A DNA stretch of 64,000 nt from an uncultured Piscirickettsiaceae bacterium (GTDB taxonomy: Bacteria > Pseudomonadota > Gammaproteobacteria > GCF-002020875). Below are positions 37,918 to 48,862 of the stretch, in pieces. Position 1 is the stretch's first letter; every line of letters starts with the position of its first letter. The DNA lies in NCBI GenBank assembly GCA_964344135.1, contig CAYFMF010000002.1:20015-84014 (forward strand), in the 5' to 3' direction. The notes below the pieces were generated by a model. It had not been told where the DNA came from, did not search any database, and saw only the letters and a program-made list of their open reading frames with translations. A program made the translations under genes and the position numbers.

Positions 37918-40347
37918 TCATTCATCAGGAATTGCACCGCCAAGGTCTGGTGCAGAGGCGTGCATCCAGGAGACCGCCGCATCATAGTCCTCCATGAAGG
38001 AGCTGCCTTCCCACTCCTCCTTGTTGGCAATCAGCGGTACACCGGCCTCATTGGTGTAGTGACATGCGGCGCAGATCATCGGTCCGTGAGAACCGTCCGG
38101 GTTGAACTGTGCTGCCTGCTTGTAGCTGGTCTCATCCACATCGGCCGTTACCGGATAGAGGCCATGGATGGACTCATGACAGACCTGGCAGGCGAGCCCT
38201 GCATGCCCCTTGGTGTAACGCATCAGGCTGTACTTGCCCGGCTGGTTGATCGGGAATGCAACACCGCCCTGACCCTCAACATAGGGGGCGGCATGGCAGT
38301 CTGCGCAGTGCGGTTCACCGGCGGAGAGCCAGTAGGACTTGCCGTGAGAGGCCGCATCGTAGGGTGCAGCCACTGCACCGTCGGCGCCCTCTGGCAGGAT
38401 CAGCGTTGCAACATCCACTGCTGGGTTGGCTGAGAGAGGAACAACATTGACGTCACCATCCTCATCGATGTTGACCATCGGGCCGCCATCCTGGGTTGCA
38501 ATCACCGCAATATCCGGATGTGTCACCTCAGGATCCCAGACCGCTAGGATATGCGATTTCCCCGGGGTATCGTGGCCCTCTGCATCCAGCACCACCTTCG
38601 GATCCATCATCGCCTCCAGGGTTGTCATATCGACACCGATGCCGGCTGCGATCTCTTCCAGCGACTTGTTGCGCAGGGTGGCCCCCTCCTGACGAAATGC
38701 ATGGGTAAGGTTGTCTGCCTGGTAGAGCTTCCTGGCCAGTGGGGAGTGACAGTTGGTGCACCAGAGCCCCTTGCCGCCCTCACCGTTGCCGATGTTGGAG
38801 ACATTATCCTGGATCCAGCTGCCGATTGCGTTGAGGTGCTCCGGGGTGCCGGCCCCATCCTTGTCCTTGTAGGGGTTGGAGTGGACGTCACGACCGGCGA
38901 AACAGCCCTCGCCATCCCGGTTGTCTGCATTGGCAAAGAAGTTTCCACCATCTGCCGTCATTGGGTAGCGATCCATGTTGCCATCCTGGCGGTGTGAGGG
39001 GTGGCATCCCTGGCAGCTACCACTGCGACCCTGACTATCCGGTTGTGGACGTTTCTCCTGGTGTACTCGATGAATCGCCTCGGTCAGTGGCATGATCGGC
39101 CTCTCCTCACCTCCGGGAATGACATCACTCACCCTCTTCGAGTTCAATACGCCGATCACATTGTCCGCATGACACTTCTGGCAGAGGATGGGATCCCCGC
39201 CCAGACGGTTGTCCTTGGAGCGCGATCCCGGGTTGTAGTTCTTCAGGAAGTCGGTGCCGTGCTTGTCGTCATGCTGCTCCAGAATGGAGAGCGAAGTGGC
39301 CTTCAGGTTGGCAATCCAGTCACTGGCACCAAGCCCCTTCCAGAATGCCTTCTCACCCTTCCAGAGATTGTACTTGTCGCCATTCGCATTCTTGTTGGCG
39401 TGGCAGTTTGCACAGTTGGGTACATCAATCGGGCTGGTGCCGATGAAGTGGACGGGCCTGCCATTTACACGATCAATCACCGCCTCTCCCGTCTCGGCAT
39501 CCACCAGTGCTGCCCAGGACTCCTGGTAGGGTCGGATATCGCTCTCCAGCATGGTGAGCGGGTCGCGCTTCATGATGCTGTCCTGCCATGGGGTGAGCGG
39601 CAGACCCAGCGCGTCCCAGATGCCCGGGTTGGTCAGCACGATGGGTACATTGTCCAGTACCGGGGACTTGGTATAGACGATGGTCCCCTTCTCGCCCGAG
39701 TAGTGGAGGTGTCCACCGTTCAGCGGGCTTGGAACAGCGGCACCGGCGGGGCCATTATCCTTTGGGATGGGGATCTCGATACCGACACGCGCCTTCTTGC
39801 TGTCTGCGCTGGTCTCCTCAGGGTTGGACCCCTTCAGATCCTGGTAGACATAGAGGTGGGTAAAGTAGGCATTGGCCACATTGTCACCAGGGCCATAGGT
39901 ACCATCTCCATCCACATCATACTTCACATTCCAGTAGGCAAGCTTGTCCCCCTCTGCATAGGTGTTGTCGGTATGGCCATACTCGATCCTCATTCGTCTC
40001 TTGCCATCGACCAGGATGTCATGCTCCTCCTCGTCCGACTCCAGTACCTCGGGCCACTTCTTGGCACCCACTGCGGTCTTGATCACCTGTGCCTGAACCG
40101 AGTTGTAGGGTGGGAGTACACAGCAGTAGGTAAAGTCAAAGCCGGTACAGTGCATCCCGAGCTCATAGTTCAGGCTGATGTTGTACTCGTTCTTGGGCCT
40201 GGTTGGATCTGCCACAGCGGCCGCTGCATCCGCTCCATAGACACGCTCCTTGATCGGGTAGTACACGGCCTGCTGCTGGGCACCACAACCGGCTACAGCG
40301 GCAATCACCAATGCGCTGCCCGCCAGCGTGGCCGGGTGGAATCTCAT
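37918..40347 (-). CDS. Heptaheme c-type cytochrome lipoprotein (about 810 aa)
   Basis: Seven CxxCH motifs (CANCH, CQKCH, CQGCH, CTNCH, CADCH, CQVCH, CAACH). Start reassigned to MRFHPATLAGSALVIAAVAGC (GGAGGAG RBS, lipobox LVIAAVAG|C). Confidence 0.75.
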   Translation of the reverse strand: MRFHPATLAGSALVIAAVAGCGAQQQAVYYPIKERVYGADAAAAVADPTRPKNEYNISLNYELGMHCTGFDFTYCCVLPPYNSVQAQVIKTAVGAKKWPEVLESDEEEHDILVDGKRRMRIEYGHTDNTYAEGDKLAYWNVKYDVDGDGTYGPGDNVANAYFTHLYVYQDLKGSNPEETSADSKKARVGIEIPIPKDNGPAGAAVPSPLNGGHLHYSGEKGTIVYTKSPVLDNVPIVLTNPGIWDALGLPLTPWQDSIMKRDPLTMLESDIRPYQESWAALVDAETGEAVIDRVNGRPVHFIGTSPIDVPNCANCHANKNANGDKYNLWKGEKAFWKGLGASDWIANLKATSLSILEQHDDKHGTDFLKNYNPGSRSKDNRLGGDPILCQKCHADNVIGVLNSKRVSDVIPGGEERPIMPLTEAIHRVHQEKRPQPDSQGRSGSCQGCHPSHRQDGNMDRYPMTADGGNFFANADNRDGEGCFAGRDVHSNPYKDKDGAGTPEHLNAIGSWIQDNVSNIGNGEGGKGLWCTNCHSPLARKLYQADNLTHAFRQEGATLRNKSLEEIAAGIGVDMTTLEAMMDPKVVLDAEGHDTPGKSHILAVWDPEVTHPDIAVIATQDGGPMVNIDEDGDVNVVPLSANPAVDVATLILPEGADGAVAAPYDAASHGKSYWLSAGEPHCADCHAAPYVEGQGGVAFPINQPGKYSLMRYTKGHAGLACQVCHESIHGLYPVTADVDETSYKQAAQFNPDGSHGPMICAACHYTNEAGVPLIANKEEWEGSSFMEDYDAAVSWMHASAPDLGGAIPDE

Positions 40348-40703
40348 GCTCTGTTCTCCTCCCCTAGTGGGATTTATGATTATTATTGTGATGGGGGTTC
40401 CCCAGTAAACATCTCTCCCCATCAACGATTTATTAAGAAGAGTTAACTGGTAACACTTTTTTGTATAACTCTATGCAATACAATAATTTTTTTCAATTTT
40501 CTAAGGATTCAATGATGTTTTTGACTGTGAGGGTGTTGGCGCCCCGGACCCTTCTGTTCCCAATTGAGTTGCCGGCAGCTGGAACTTCCACTTTTTCCAC
40601 GGGTCTTCTCGGGTACAATTTGCGAACCATTATTCAGGAACCTCCGAACAAGACTGGGTCAATCTCTTGTTCAGGGGCTCCTTCAGAAAGGAAAGGGAGT
40701 GAG

Positions 40704-42077
40704 ATGAATCCAGGGCGTTGGAGTGTAAGAGGGATTGTGGCTGCAGCGGCATTTGCAGCCACCCTCTCTGCAACCGCATCGACGGTTACAGAGGTGGTAC
40801 TGGAGAACGGGATGAAGGTGATCGTCAAGGAGGATCATCGCGCACCGGTGGTGGTCTCCCAGGTCTGGTACAAGGTGGGATCCAGTTATGAGACGGATGG
40901 AATTACCGGGATCTCCCATATGCTGGAGCATATGATGTTCAAGGGGACCGAAAAGCATGGTCCCAACGAGTTCTCAACCATTATCTCGGAGAATGGGGGG
41001 CGTGAGAACGCCTTTACCGGGCGTGACTACACCGCCTATTTTCAGCGTCTGGAGAAGAGCCGTCTGCCGATCAGCATGGAGCTGGAGTCGGACCGAATGC
41101 GTAACCTGACCCTGCCGGAGGAGGAGTTTCTCAAGGAGCGGGAGGTGGTGCAGGAGGAGCGCAGGCTACGTACCGAGGATGCGCCCACCTCGCTTACCTT
41201 TGAACAGTTTATGGCCACTGCCTTCCAGACCAGCCCCTACCATCATCCGATTGTCGGCTGGATGAATGATATCGAGAACTATGACATTGAGGATCTGCGG
41301 GCATGGTATGCAATGTGGTATGCCCCCAACAACGCTACTCTGGTGGTTGCGGGTGATGTCAATGCGGAGGAGGTGATCGAGCTGGCCAGGAGATACTACG
41401 GCCCCCTTGCCCCCTCAGAGCTGAACCCGCCCAAGCCACGCATGGAGGTGGAGCAGCTGGGCCCCCGTGAGGTGACGGTTCGGGTCCCGGCCGAGATCCC
41501 CTATCTGGTGATGGGGTTTCCGGCCCCTACCGTGGTGACTGCAGAGGCGTCGTGGGAGCCCTATGCACTTGAGGTGATGGCCTATATTCTGGATGGAGGC
41601 GATAGTGCACGCCTCAACAAGAAGCTGATTCGACAGCTGCAGATTGCCACCAGTGCCGGCGTTGGTTATGACCCCTATGATCGCCTGCAGACCCTCTTTA
41701 TTGTTGAAGGGGTTCCGGCAGAGGGGCACTCTGTTGCAGAGGTGAAGGAGGCGCTGCTGGCCGAATTGAGCGAGATCAGAAAGAATCCGGTCACAAAAGA
41801 GGAGCTGGACAGGGTGAAGGCACAGGTGGTGGCCGCCAAGGTCTTTGAGCAGGACTCCGTCTTTTATCAGGCGATGCAGATCGGAACCCTGGAGACCATT
41901 GGGCTGGATTGGCGTGAGGCGGACCGATATGCAGAGCATGTCCGCAAGGTGACGGCGGAGCAGGTTTTGGCGGTGGCGAACAGCTATCTCGATCCGGACC
42001 GGATGACGACAGCGATACTGGATCCGCTTCCAATCGAGAGTGGTGAGAGCAGCGAGGAGGTGGCCCATGTTCACTGA
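40704..42077 (+). CDS. M16 (pitrilysin) family zinc peptidase, active subunit (HxxEH)
   Basis: HMLEHMMF inverted zinc motif. Signal peptide begins MNPGRW. Confidence 0.8.
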   Translation: MNPGRWSVRGIVAAAAFAATLSATASTVTEVVLENGMKVIVKEDHRAPVVVSQVWYKVGSSYETDGITGISHMLEHMMFKGTEKHGPNEFSTIISENGGRENAFTGRDYTAYFQRLEKSRLPISMELESDRMRNLTLPEEEFLKEREVVQEERRLRTEDAPTSLTFEQFMATAFQTSPYHHPIVGWMNDIENYDIEDLRAWYAMWYAPNNATLVVAGDVNAEEVIELARRYYGPLAPSELNPPKPRMEVEQLGPREVTVRVPAEIPYLVMGFPAPTVVTAEASWEPYALEVMAYILDGGDSARLNKKLIRQLQIATSAGVGYDPYDRLQTLFIVEGVPAEGHSVAEVKEALLAELSEIRKNPVTKEELDRVKAQVVAAKVFEQDSVFYQAMQIGTLETIGLDWREADRYAEHVRKVTAEQVLAVANSYLDPDRMTTAILDPLPIESGESSEEVAHVH

Positions 42078-43409
42078 TCAAGCGTTGGGTAAGGGGGTTG
42101 TTGTCAGGGGGTTGGTTGCCGTCTGGACAGGGGCACTCGCCATGCTTTGGGCCACAACCGCAGCCGCAACCCCACAGATTGAACGCTGGCAGACCTCAAA
42201 TGGGGCACGGGTGCTCTATGTCCACACCCCGGAGCTACCAATGGTGGATGTTCGGATCATCTTCGATGCCGGCAGTGCCCGTGATGGCAGCCAGGGGGGG
42301 GTATCCAGCATGACCAACGGTCTGCTCTCTACTGGTGCCGGGGATCGGGGGGAGGAGGCGATTGCCGAGACCATGGATCGTCTGGGCGCCAACCTTGGGC
42401 TTGACTCCCTGCGCGATATGGCGATTGTATCGTTGCGCAGCCTGAGTGATGACTATCTGCTTGATCCGGCACTGGAGGTGATCTCTGATGTGGTTCACAA
42501 GCCCTATTTCCCGGAGCATGCCTTTGAGCGGGAGCGCAGTCGTCAGCTCGTCGGGATTCAGTCCCAGAAGCAGTCACCGGGAACGATTGCGGAGAAGGCC
42601 TTTTTCCGTGCAATGTATGGAGATCACCCCTATGCGGAGCCCTCCAGTGGCACCGAGGAGAGCATCAAGGCACTGAGGCGCAACGACCTTCGTGCCTTCC
42701 ATGCACGCTACTATGTAGGCAATAATGCGGTGGTTGCCATCGTGGGTGATGTGGGGCGTGAGCGCGCAAAACAGATTGCAGAGCAGGTAGTGGGCCAGCT
42801 CCCCGCTGGTGAGCGGGCGTCCCGGCTGCCAGATGCAGTCACGGCAAAACCGGGGGAGACCATTGTGATCGAGTACCCCTCTGTTCAGAGCCATCTGCTG
42901 ATGGGGCATCCGGCACTGCGTCGTGGGGATCCTGACTATTTTGAGCTCTACGTGGGGAACCATATTCTTGGCGGGAGTGGCCTGGTCTCAAGGATCTCAG
43001 AGGAGATACGTGAGAAGCGCGGGCTGTCCTACAGTGCCTACAGCTACTTCTCTCCAATGCGTGGGGAGGGGCCATTCAAGGCGGGGCTTCAGACCAAGAA
43101 CGAGAGCCGTGACGAGGCACTGGAGGTGTTGCGCAAGACGATAGTTGACTTTGTCGAGCAGGGGCCCAGTGAACAGGCGCTGATCCACTCCAAGAGGAAC
43201 ATTACTGGCGGGTTCCCGCTGCGGATCGACAGCAACAAGAAGATTGTCGATTATCTTGGGATGATCGGCTTTTATGATCTCCCGGACGACTATCTGGACA
43301 GATTCAACCAGAATGTCGAGAGGGTGAGCCGGGAGAGTATCCGGGACGCATTCAGGCGTCGCCTCCATCCGACAGAGATGGTGACTGTGGTGGTAGGCGG
43401 GAAGCTCGA

Positions 43410-43413
<4 letters not shown>
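42067..43413 (+). CDS. M16 family peptidase, second subunit of the pair
   Basis: Paired arrangement. Start ATG (MFTDQ) overlaps the upstream stop. Confidence 0.7.
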
Positions 43414-44482
<1,069 letters not shown>

Positions 44483-44521
44483 AAGGATTCAAGAATTCAC
44501 GCAAAAACAGTAAGGAATTAG

Positions 44522-44770
<249 letters not shown>

Positions 44771-44803
44771 ACCGCTTTTCAGCAGTTGGCGGTGTTGACG
44801 AAA

Positions 44804-44826
44804 GGCCCCATCATGGGGCCTTTTCC
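44804..44826 (+). terminator. Rho-independent terminator (GGCCCCA-TCA-TGGGGCC followed by a T tract)
   Basis: Hairpin plus TTTT read directly from the sequence. Confidence 0.5.
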
Positions 44827-44929
44827 TGTTCTGGAGACCCATTGCTGAAAAACGGAGTCCGACCCGGCTTTCACAGGTTATTGGGGGGTTGCAAGGGTCC
44901 GTGTTGGAGATGCGGGTACCCTGAGTTGT

Positions 44930-45325
44930 TCAGCTCTCTTGGGGTGAGGGTCTGTTGCGTCGCTTGTTCCGCTCACTCTCTCTTCTGTTGATCACTCCAC
45001 TCTCCGGGTACTCGTAGTGGATGATGGTGCGCCGGTGATTCTGCTGGGTAATCACCCCGCGAATCTCGAAGGGGCCAGTCAGTTCGATGGAGTGGAACTG
45101 CCCATTGAGGGGGACAAGATAGGTAGAGTCTCCTCGCTGCACCAGCTGGCGGAAGTGGTACTCTTCCCTGTAGGCGGCCAGGACATAGGCTCCGTTGACC
45201 ACCGTACACCCGGGGTCGATGATGATGACGGCCCCATCACTGAACTCGGGCGCCATGCTCTCTCCAATCACCTGAAGTGCAAACGGCTCCTTCTCTTCAC
45301 AGGCTGTGGGATTGTGAATATCCAT
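44930..45325 (-). CDS. Stand-alone S24 (LexA/UmuD-like) peptidase-domain protein without an HTH
   Basis: GESMAPEFSDGAVIIID Ser-Lys dyad region. 131 aa. Immediately downstream of mutM. Confidence 0.6.
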   Translation of the reverse strand: MDIHNPTACEEKEPFALQVIGESMAPEFSDGAVIIIDPGCTVVNGAYVLAAYREEYHFRQLVQRGDSTYLVPLNGQFHSIELTGPFEIRGVITQQNHRRTIIHYEYPESGVINRRESERNKRRNRPSPQES

Positions 45326-45378
45326 CCGCCGATTTTACCAAATCATGGGGGGTGCTGCTCCTGTTGAGGTATTGAAGT

Positions 45379-46206
45379 TTAGTGCTGGCAGCGGGGGCAG
45401 TACCAGGTGGAGCGTTGCCCCTGGACAATCCGTCGGATCGCCCTGCCACATGTTGTACACGGCTCCATATCCCGCCCATAGACGGAGAGTTGCTGCCGGA
45501 AATAGCCGGGACGCCCCTCACTGTTGCGAAAGTCCTGCAGGGTGGTCCCTCCCTGCTCGATGGCGCTGGTCAGGGTCTCCTGGATCGCCTCGGCAAGCCG
45601 ATGGTAGCGCTCTCTCGAGATTCGGTGGCAGCCTCTTCGGGGGTGGATCCCGCTGAGAAAGAGGGCCTCGCAGGCGTAGATGTTGCCGACACCAGTAATG
45701 ACCTTCTGGTCCATGATGAATGACTTGATCGGACCTCTGCGCCTTCTCGAGAGCGCATGGAGGTGGTCGCCAACGCTCTGCGCAGAGTGGCCCTGGAGAA
45801 CGGGCTCAATCCCCAGTCTCTGCAACAGGGGGTGCTGCTCAATGGGCTTCCGGGTATGGAGAACAGCGCCGAAGCGGCGCGGATCGCGGAATCTCAGCAC
45901 CACCCCATTGCCAAGGAGCAGGTCAACATGGTCATGCCTCTTCACAGGGGTCTCCCGGTCAACCACCCTGAGTGTTCCACTCATTCCCAGGTGGATAATG
46001 ATTGTCCCCCGATCGGTCTCCAGCAGCAGATATTTTGCCCGGCGCCTGATGTGGCTGATCATGGCGCCCTCTACCCGGCTACCGATATCCCTGGGGACCG
46101 GCCAGCGCAGGGCGTTCTGTCGGACAACAACCTGGATGATGGTCTGACCACTGGCGGCGGGCTCTATTCCTCTGCGTGTGGTCTCAACCTCTGGGAGTTC
46201 AGGCAT
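45379..46206 (-). CDS. mutM: Formamidopyrimidine-DNA glycosylase
   Basis: MPELPEVE N-terminus and C-terminal zinc finger. Confidence 0.9.
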   Translation of the reverse strand: MPELPEVETTRRGIEPAASGQTIIQVVVRQNALRWPVPRDIGSRVEGAMISHIRRRAKYLLLETDRGTIIIHLGMSGTLRVVDRETPVKRHDHVDLLLGNGVVLRFRDPRRFGAVLHTRKPIEQHPLLQRLGIEPVLQGHSAQSVGDHLHALSRRRRGPIKSFIMDQKVITGVGNIYACEALFLSGIHPRRGCHRISRERYHRLAEAIQETLTSAIEQGGTTLQDFRNSEGRPGYFRQQLSVYGRDMEPCTTCGRAIRRIVQGQRSTWYCPRCQH

Positions 46207-46263
46207 AATAGAAGGTCAAATTTGTTGTTATGGTTGTGGTGCACTTGTAACCGTTCAAATCGC

Positions 46264-46355
46264 TTTCGTACAGTTCAAGAGCAAGGCAGAAAATGTGAGT
46301 TTACAAGGGTAAATGGCCATTTTCTAACACAGCTATTGGGCTGTACGAAAGTGAG
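46264..46355 (+). repeat. About 92-nt conserved structured element, copy 1 (long closing stem around a conserved core), 12 nt upstream of the hyuA-like start codon
   Basis: Aligned with copy 2 at 50030..50121. Confidence 0.6.
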
Positions 46356-46367
46356 GTGAGTGGTTAG

Positions 46368-48335
46368 ATGATTCTGGGTGTCGATACGGGTGGAACCTTC
46401 ACCGATTTCGTGTTGTGGGATGGAGAGCGTCTCCAGATCCACAAGGTGCTGTCGACCCCGGAGGCTCCCGAGCGGGCCATTCTGCAGGGGATTGAGGAGC
46501 TTGCTGCCCCGCTTGATGGATTGACGATTATCCATGGCTCCACGGTTGCCACCAACGCGGTACTGGAGGAGAAGGGTGCACGTACCCTGTTGATTACCAA
46601 CCGCGGATTTGGTGATCTGCTGACCATTGGGCGCCAGGCCCGGCAGGAGCTCTACAACCTGCAGCCAGAGATCATGGCACCACCCGTTCCGGAGAGAGAC
46701 TGCCTGGAGACCGGGGGGCGCGTCAATGCTGTCGGGGAGGTGGTTGAGCCGCTGACGGAGGAGGATCTGGAGGGGCTCAGGAGGCAGGTTGAGCAACGGA
46801 ATCCCGAGGCGGTTGCGATCAACCTGCTCTTCTCCTTTCTCAATCCTGACAGTGAGATGGAGATTGAGTCCATCCTTCCAAAGGGGCTCTTTGTCTCCCG
46901 CTCCTCAAGGGTACTGCCGGAGTATCGTGAGTATGAACGGGGCATTACCACCTGGCTCAACAGCTATGTGGGACCACTGGTTGAGGGTTATCTGCAGCGT
47001 CTGGAGCAGGGGGTTGAGGGGGCACAGCTCTCTGTCATGCAATCCTCGGGAACCACGATATCGGCCGCTCAGGCAGGATCCGGTGCGGTCCACATGCTGT
47101 TATCCGGCCCGGCAGGTGGGTTGGCGGCCGCCCACTACCTGGGACAGCAGCTTGGGCGCGAGCAGCTCCTCACCTTTGATATGGGTGGAACCTCAACCGA
47201 TGTCGCGCTGATTGATGGGGGGGTCCGCCTCACCTCGGAGGGGAGGATTGGCCGTTTCCCAGTGGCTGTGCCCATGGTGGACATGCACACCATTGGTGCC
47301 GGCGGAGGATCGATTGCGCATGTGGATGAGGGGGGGATGCTGCAGGTGGGCCCCGAGTCTGCCGGTGCCTCACCGGGGCCGGCCTGTTACGGAAAGGGAG
47401 GGGTCGAGGCGAGCGTTACGGATGCCAACCTGGTGTTGGGCAGGCTATTGCCAGAGGCCTTTCTGGGGGGAGGAATGGTGCTGGATTCCGGGGCCGCCGA
47501 GTGTGCGGTGGGCGGAGTGGCAAGGGATCTGGAGTGCTCCATGAGCGAGGCCGCCGAGGGGATTATCCGGGTCGCCAATGAGCATATGTCACATGCGCTG
47601 CGTGTCATTTCGGTACAGCGCGGGATCGATCCGCGAGGTTTTACACTGACCTCCTTTGGCGGGGCGGGTGGTCTCCATGTCTGTGCGCTGGCAGAGTCGC
47701 TTGGGCTGCGTCATGCAATGATCCCCATTCATGGCGGGGTGCTCTCTGCGCTTGGGATGCTGGTTGCCCCCCGGGGTCGGGAGCTCTCAAGGTCAATGGT
47801 GATGCCACTCGCTGAGCAGGGTGATGCGTTGATGGAGCTGGCATTCGGCAGGCTGGAGCAGCAGGGGATCCTGGCCCTTGTCAGGGAGGGGGTGGCGGAG
47901 CAGAGGATCGATACCGTTAGAACGGTTGATCTCCGTTATCGGGGGCAGTCCTTTACGCTGAATGTCGGGTGGGAGAGTTGCAGTGCGGTGGAGGAGGGGT
48001 TCCACCGGGCCCACCAGGAGCGATATGGCCACTGCTTTGAGTTTCCGGTCGAGCTGGTCAACCTTCGGGTGGTGGTTCGGGAGCGGCTGGAGTCACCGAC
48101 TCTGCTGCAGGGGGAGAGGCCTGATGAACCGCATGAGACCGGGCGAACCCTGTTGGTGGGGATTGGTGAGGTTCCGGTCTACCGGCGGCAGCAGTTGGCA
48201 ACAGGGGATACGGTGCAGGGGCCGGCACTGATTACGGAACAGGTCTCCACCTCACTGATTGCAGAGGGGTGGAGCTGTGAGGTGGATGCAAGCGGGACAC
48301 TGCTGCTGGAGCGAGGCCAGTCCGATACAGGGTGA
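46368..48335 (+). CDS. Hydantoinase/oxoprolinase family protein (HyuA-like), no hyuB partner nearby
   Basis: 655 aa, ILGVDTGGTFTD N-terminus. Confidence 0.75.
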   Translation: MILGVDTGGTFTDFVLWDGERLQIHKVLSTPEAPERAILQGIEELAAPLDGLTIIHGSTVATNAVLEEKGARTLLITNRGFGDLLTIGRQARQELYNLQPEIMAPPVPERDCLETGGRVNAVGEVVEPLTEEDLEGLRRQVEQRNPEAVAINLLFSFLNPDSEMEIESILPKGLFVSRSSRVLPEYREYERGITTWLNSYVGPLVEGYLQRLEQGVEGAQLSVMQSSGTTISAAQAGSGAVHMLLSGPAGGLAAAHYLGQQLGREQLLTFDMGGTSTDVALIDGGVRLTSEGRIGRFPVAVPMVDMHTIGAGGGSIAHVDEGGMLQVGPESAGASPGPACYGKGGVEASVTDANLVLGRLLPEAFLGGGMVLDSGAAECAVGGVARDLECSMSEAAEGIIRVANEHMSHALRVISVQRGIDPRGFTLTSFGGAGGLHVCALAESLGLRHAMIPIHGGVLSALGMLVAPRGRELSRSMVMPLAEQGDALMELAFGRLEQQGILALVREGVAEQRIDTVRTVDLRYRGQSFTLNVGWESCSAVEEGFHRAHQERYGHCFEFPVELVNLRVVVRERLESPTLLQGERPDEPHETGRTLLVGIGEVPVYRRQQLATGDTVQGPALITEQVSTSLIAEGWSCEVDASGTLLLERGQSDTG

Positions 48336-48369
48336 TGTGTCCATGCTGCTCTTCAATAGGAAAACGCAC

Positions 48370-48398
48370 AAAAAAGCCCGCAACATGCGGGCTTTTTT
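48370..48398. terminator. Bidirectional rho-independent terminator (AAAAAA-GCCCGC-AACAT-GCGGGC-TTTTTT)
   Basis: Perfect 6-bp GC stem flanked by A and T tracts. Serves the hyuA-like gene (+) and rpmG (-). Confidence 0.7.
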
Positions 48399-48415
48399 GC
48401 GATTATGACGCCATT

Positions 48416-48571
48416 TTACTTGATCTTCGCCTCTTTGAAGATCACGTGCTTGCGTACCCTGGGATCATACTTCTTGATCTCCATCTTCTCGGGCATGGTG
48501 CGCTTGTTCTTGGTTGTGGTGTAGTAGTATCCAGTCCCTGCTGAAGATACCAGTTTGATCTTGTCACGCAT
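48416..48571 (-). CDS. rpmG: 50S ribosomal protein L33
   Basis: My own translation: [51 protein letters not shown]. Confidence 0.85.
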   Translation of the reverse strand: MRDKIKLVSSAGTGYYYTTTKNKRTMPEKMEIKKYDPRVRKHVIFKEAKIK

Positions 48572-48625
48572 GGTAGTTGATCCTTATCCTTAGATGACTG
48601 CGAAAGCTATTGAGCAGCCGTAGTG

Positions 48626-48862
48626 TTAAACCTTCTCGCCACGGGCACGGATCTCTGCCAGTACGGCATCAATACCCTTCTTGTCGATAATGCGCATGCC
48701 CTTGCTGGAGAGGCGCAGCCTGACCCAGCGGTTCTCACTCTCCACCCAGAAACGGTGAGTGTGGAGGTTAGGAAGAAAACGGCGACGCGTCTTGTTATGT
48801 GCGTGTGACACATTGTTGCCCGTAATGGGGCGCTTGCCGGTCACCTGACATACTCTGGACAT
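48626..48862 (-). CDS. rpmB: 50S ribosomal protein L28
   Basis: [33 protein letters not shown]. Confidence 0.85.
   Translation of the reverse strand: MSRVCQVTGKRPITGNNVSHAHNKTRRRFLPNLHTHRFWVESENRWVRLRLSSKGMRIIDKKGIDAVLAEIRARGEKV

Noticed and set aside
39001-40446. 481-aa plus-strand ORF antisense to the heptaheme cytochrome gene
   Set aside because: The opposite strand carries seven in-frame CxxCH motifs and a lipoprotein signal. This frame is a GC-driven artefact.
46291-46312. CRP-like half site (AAATGTGA) inside the conserved element
   Set aside because: The expected TCACA half 6 nt downstream is absent in both copies.
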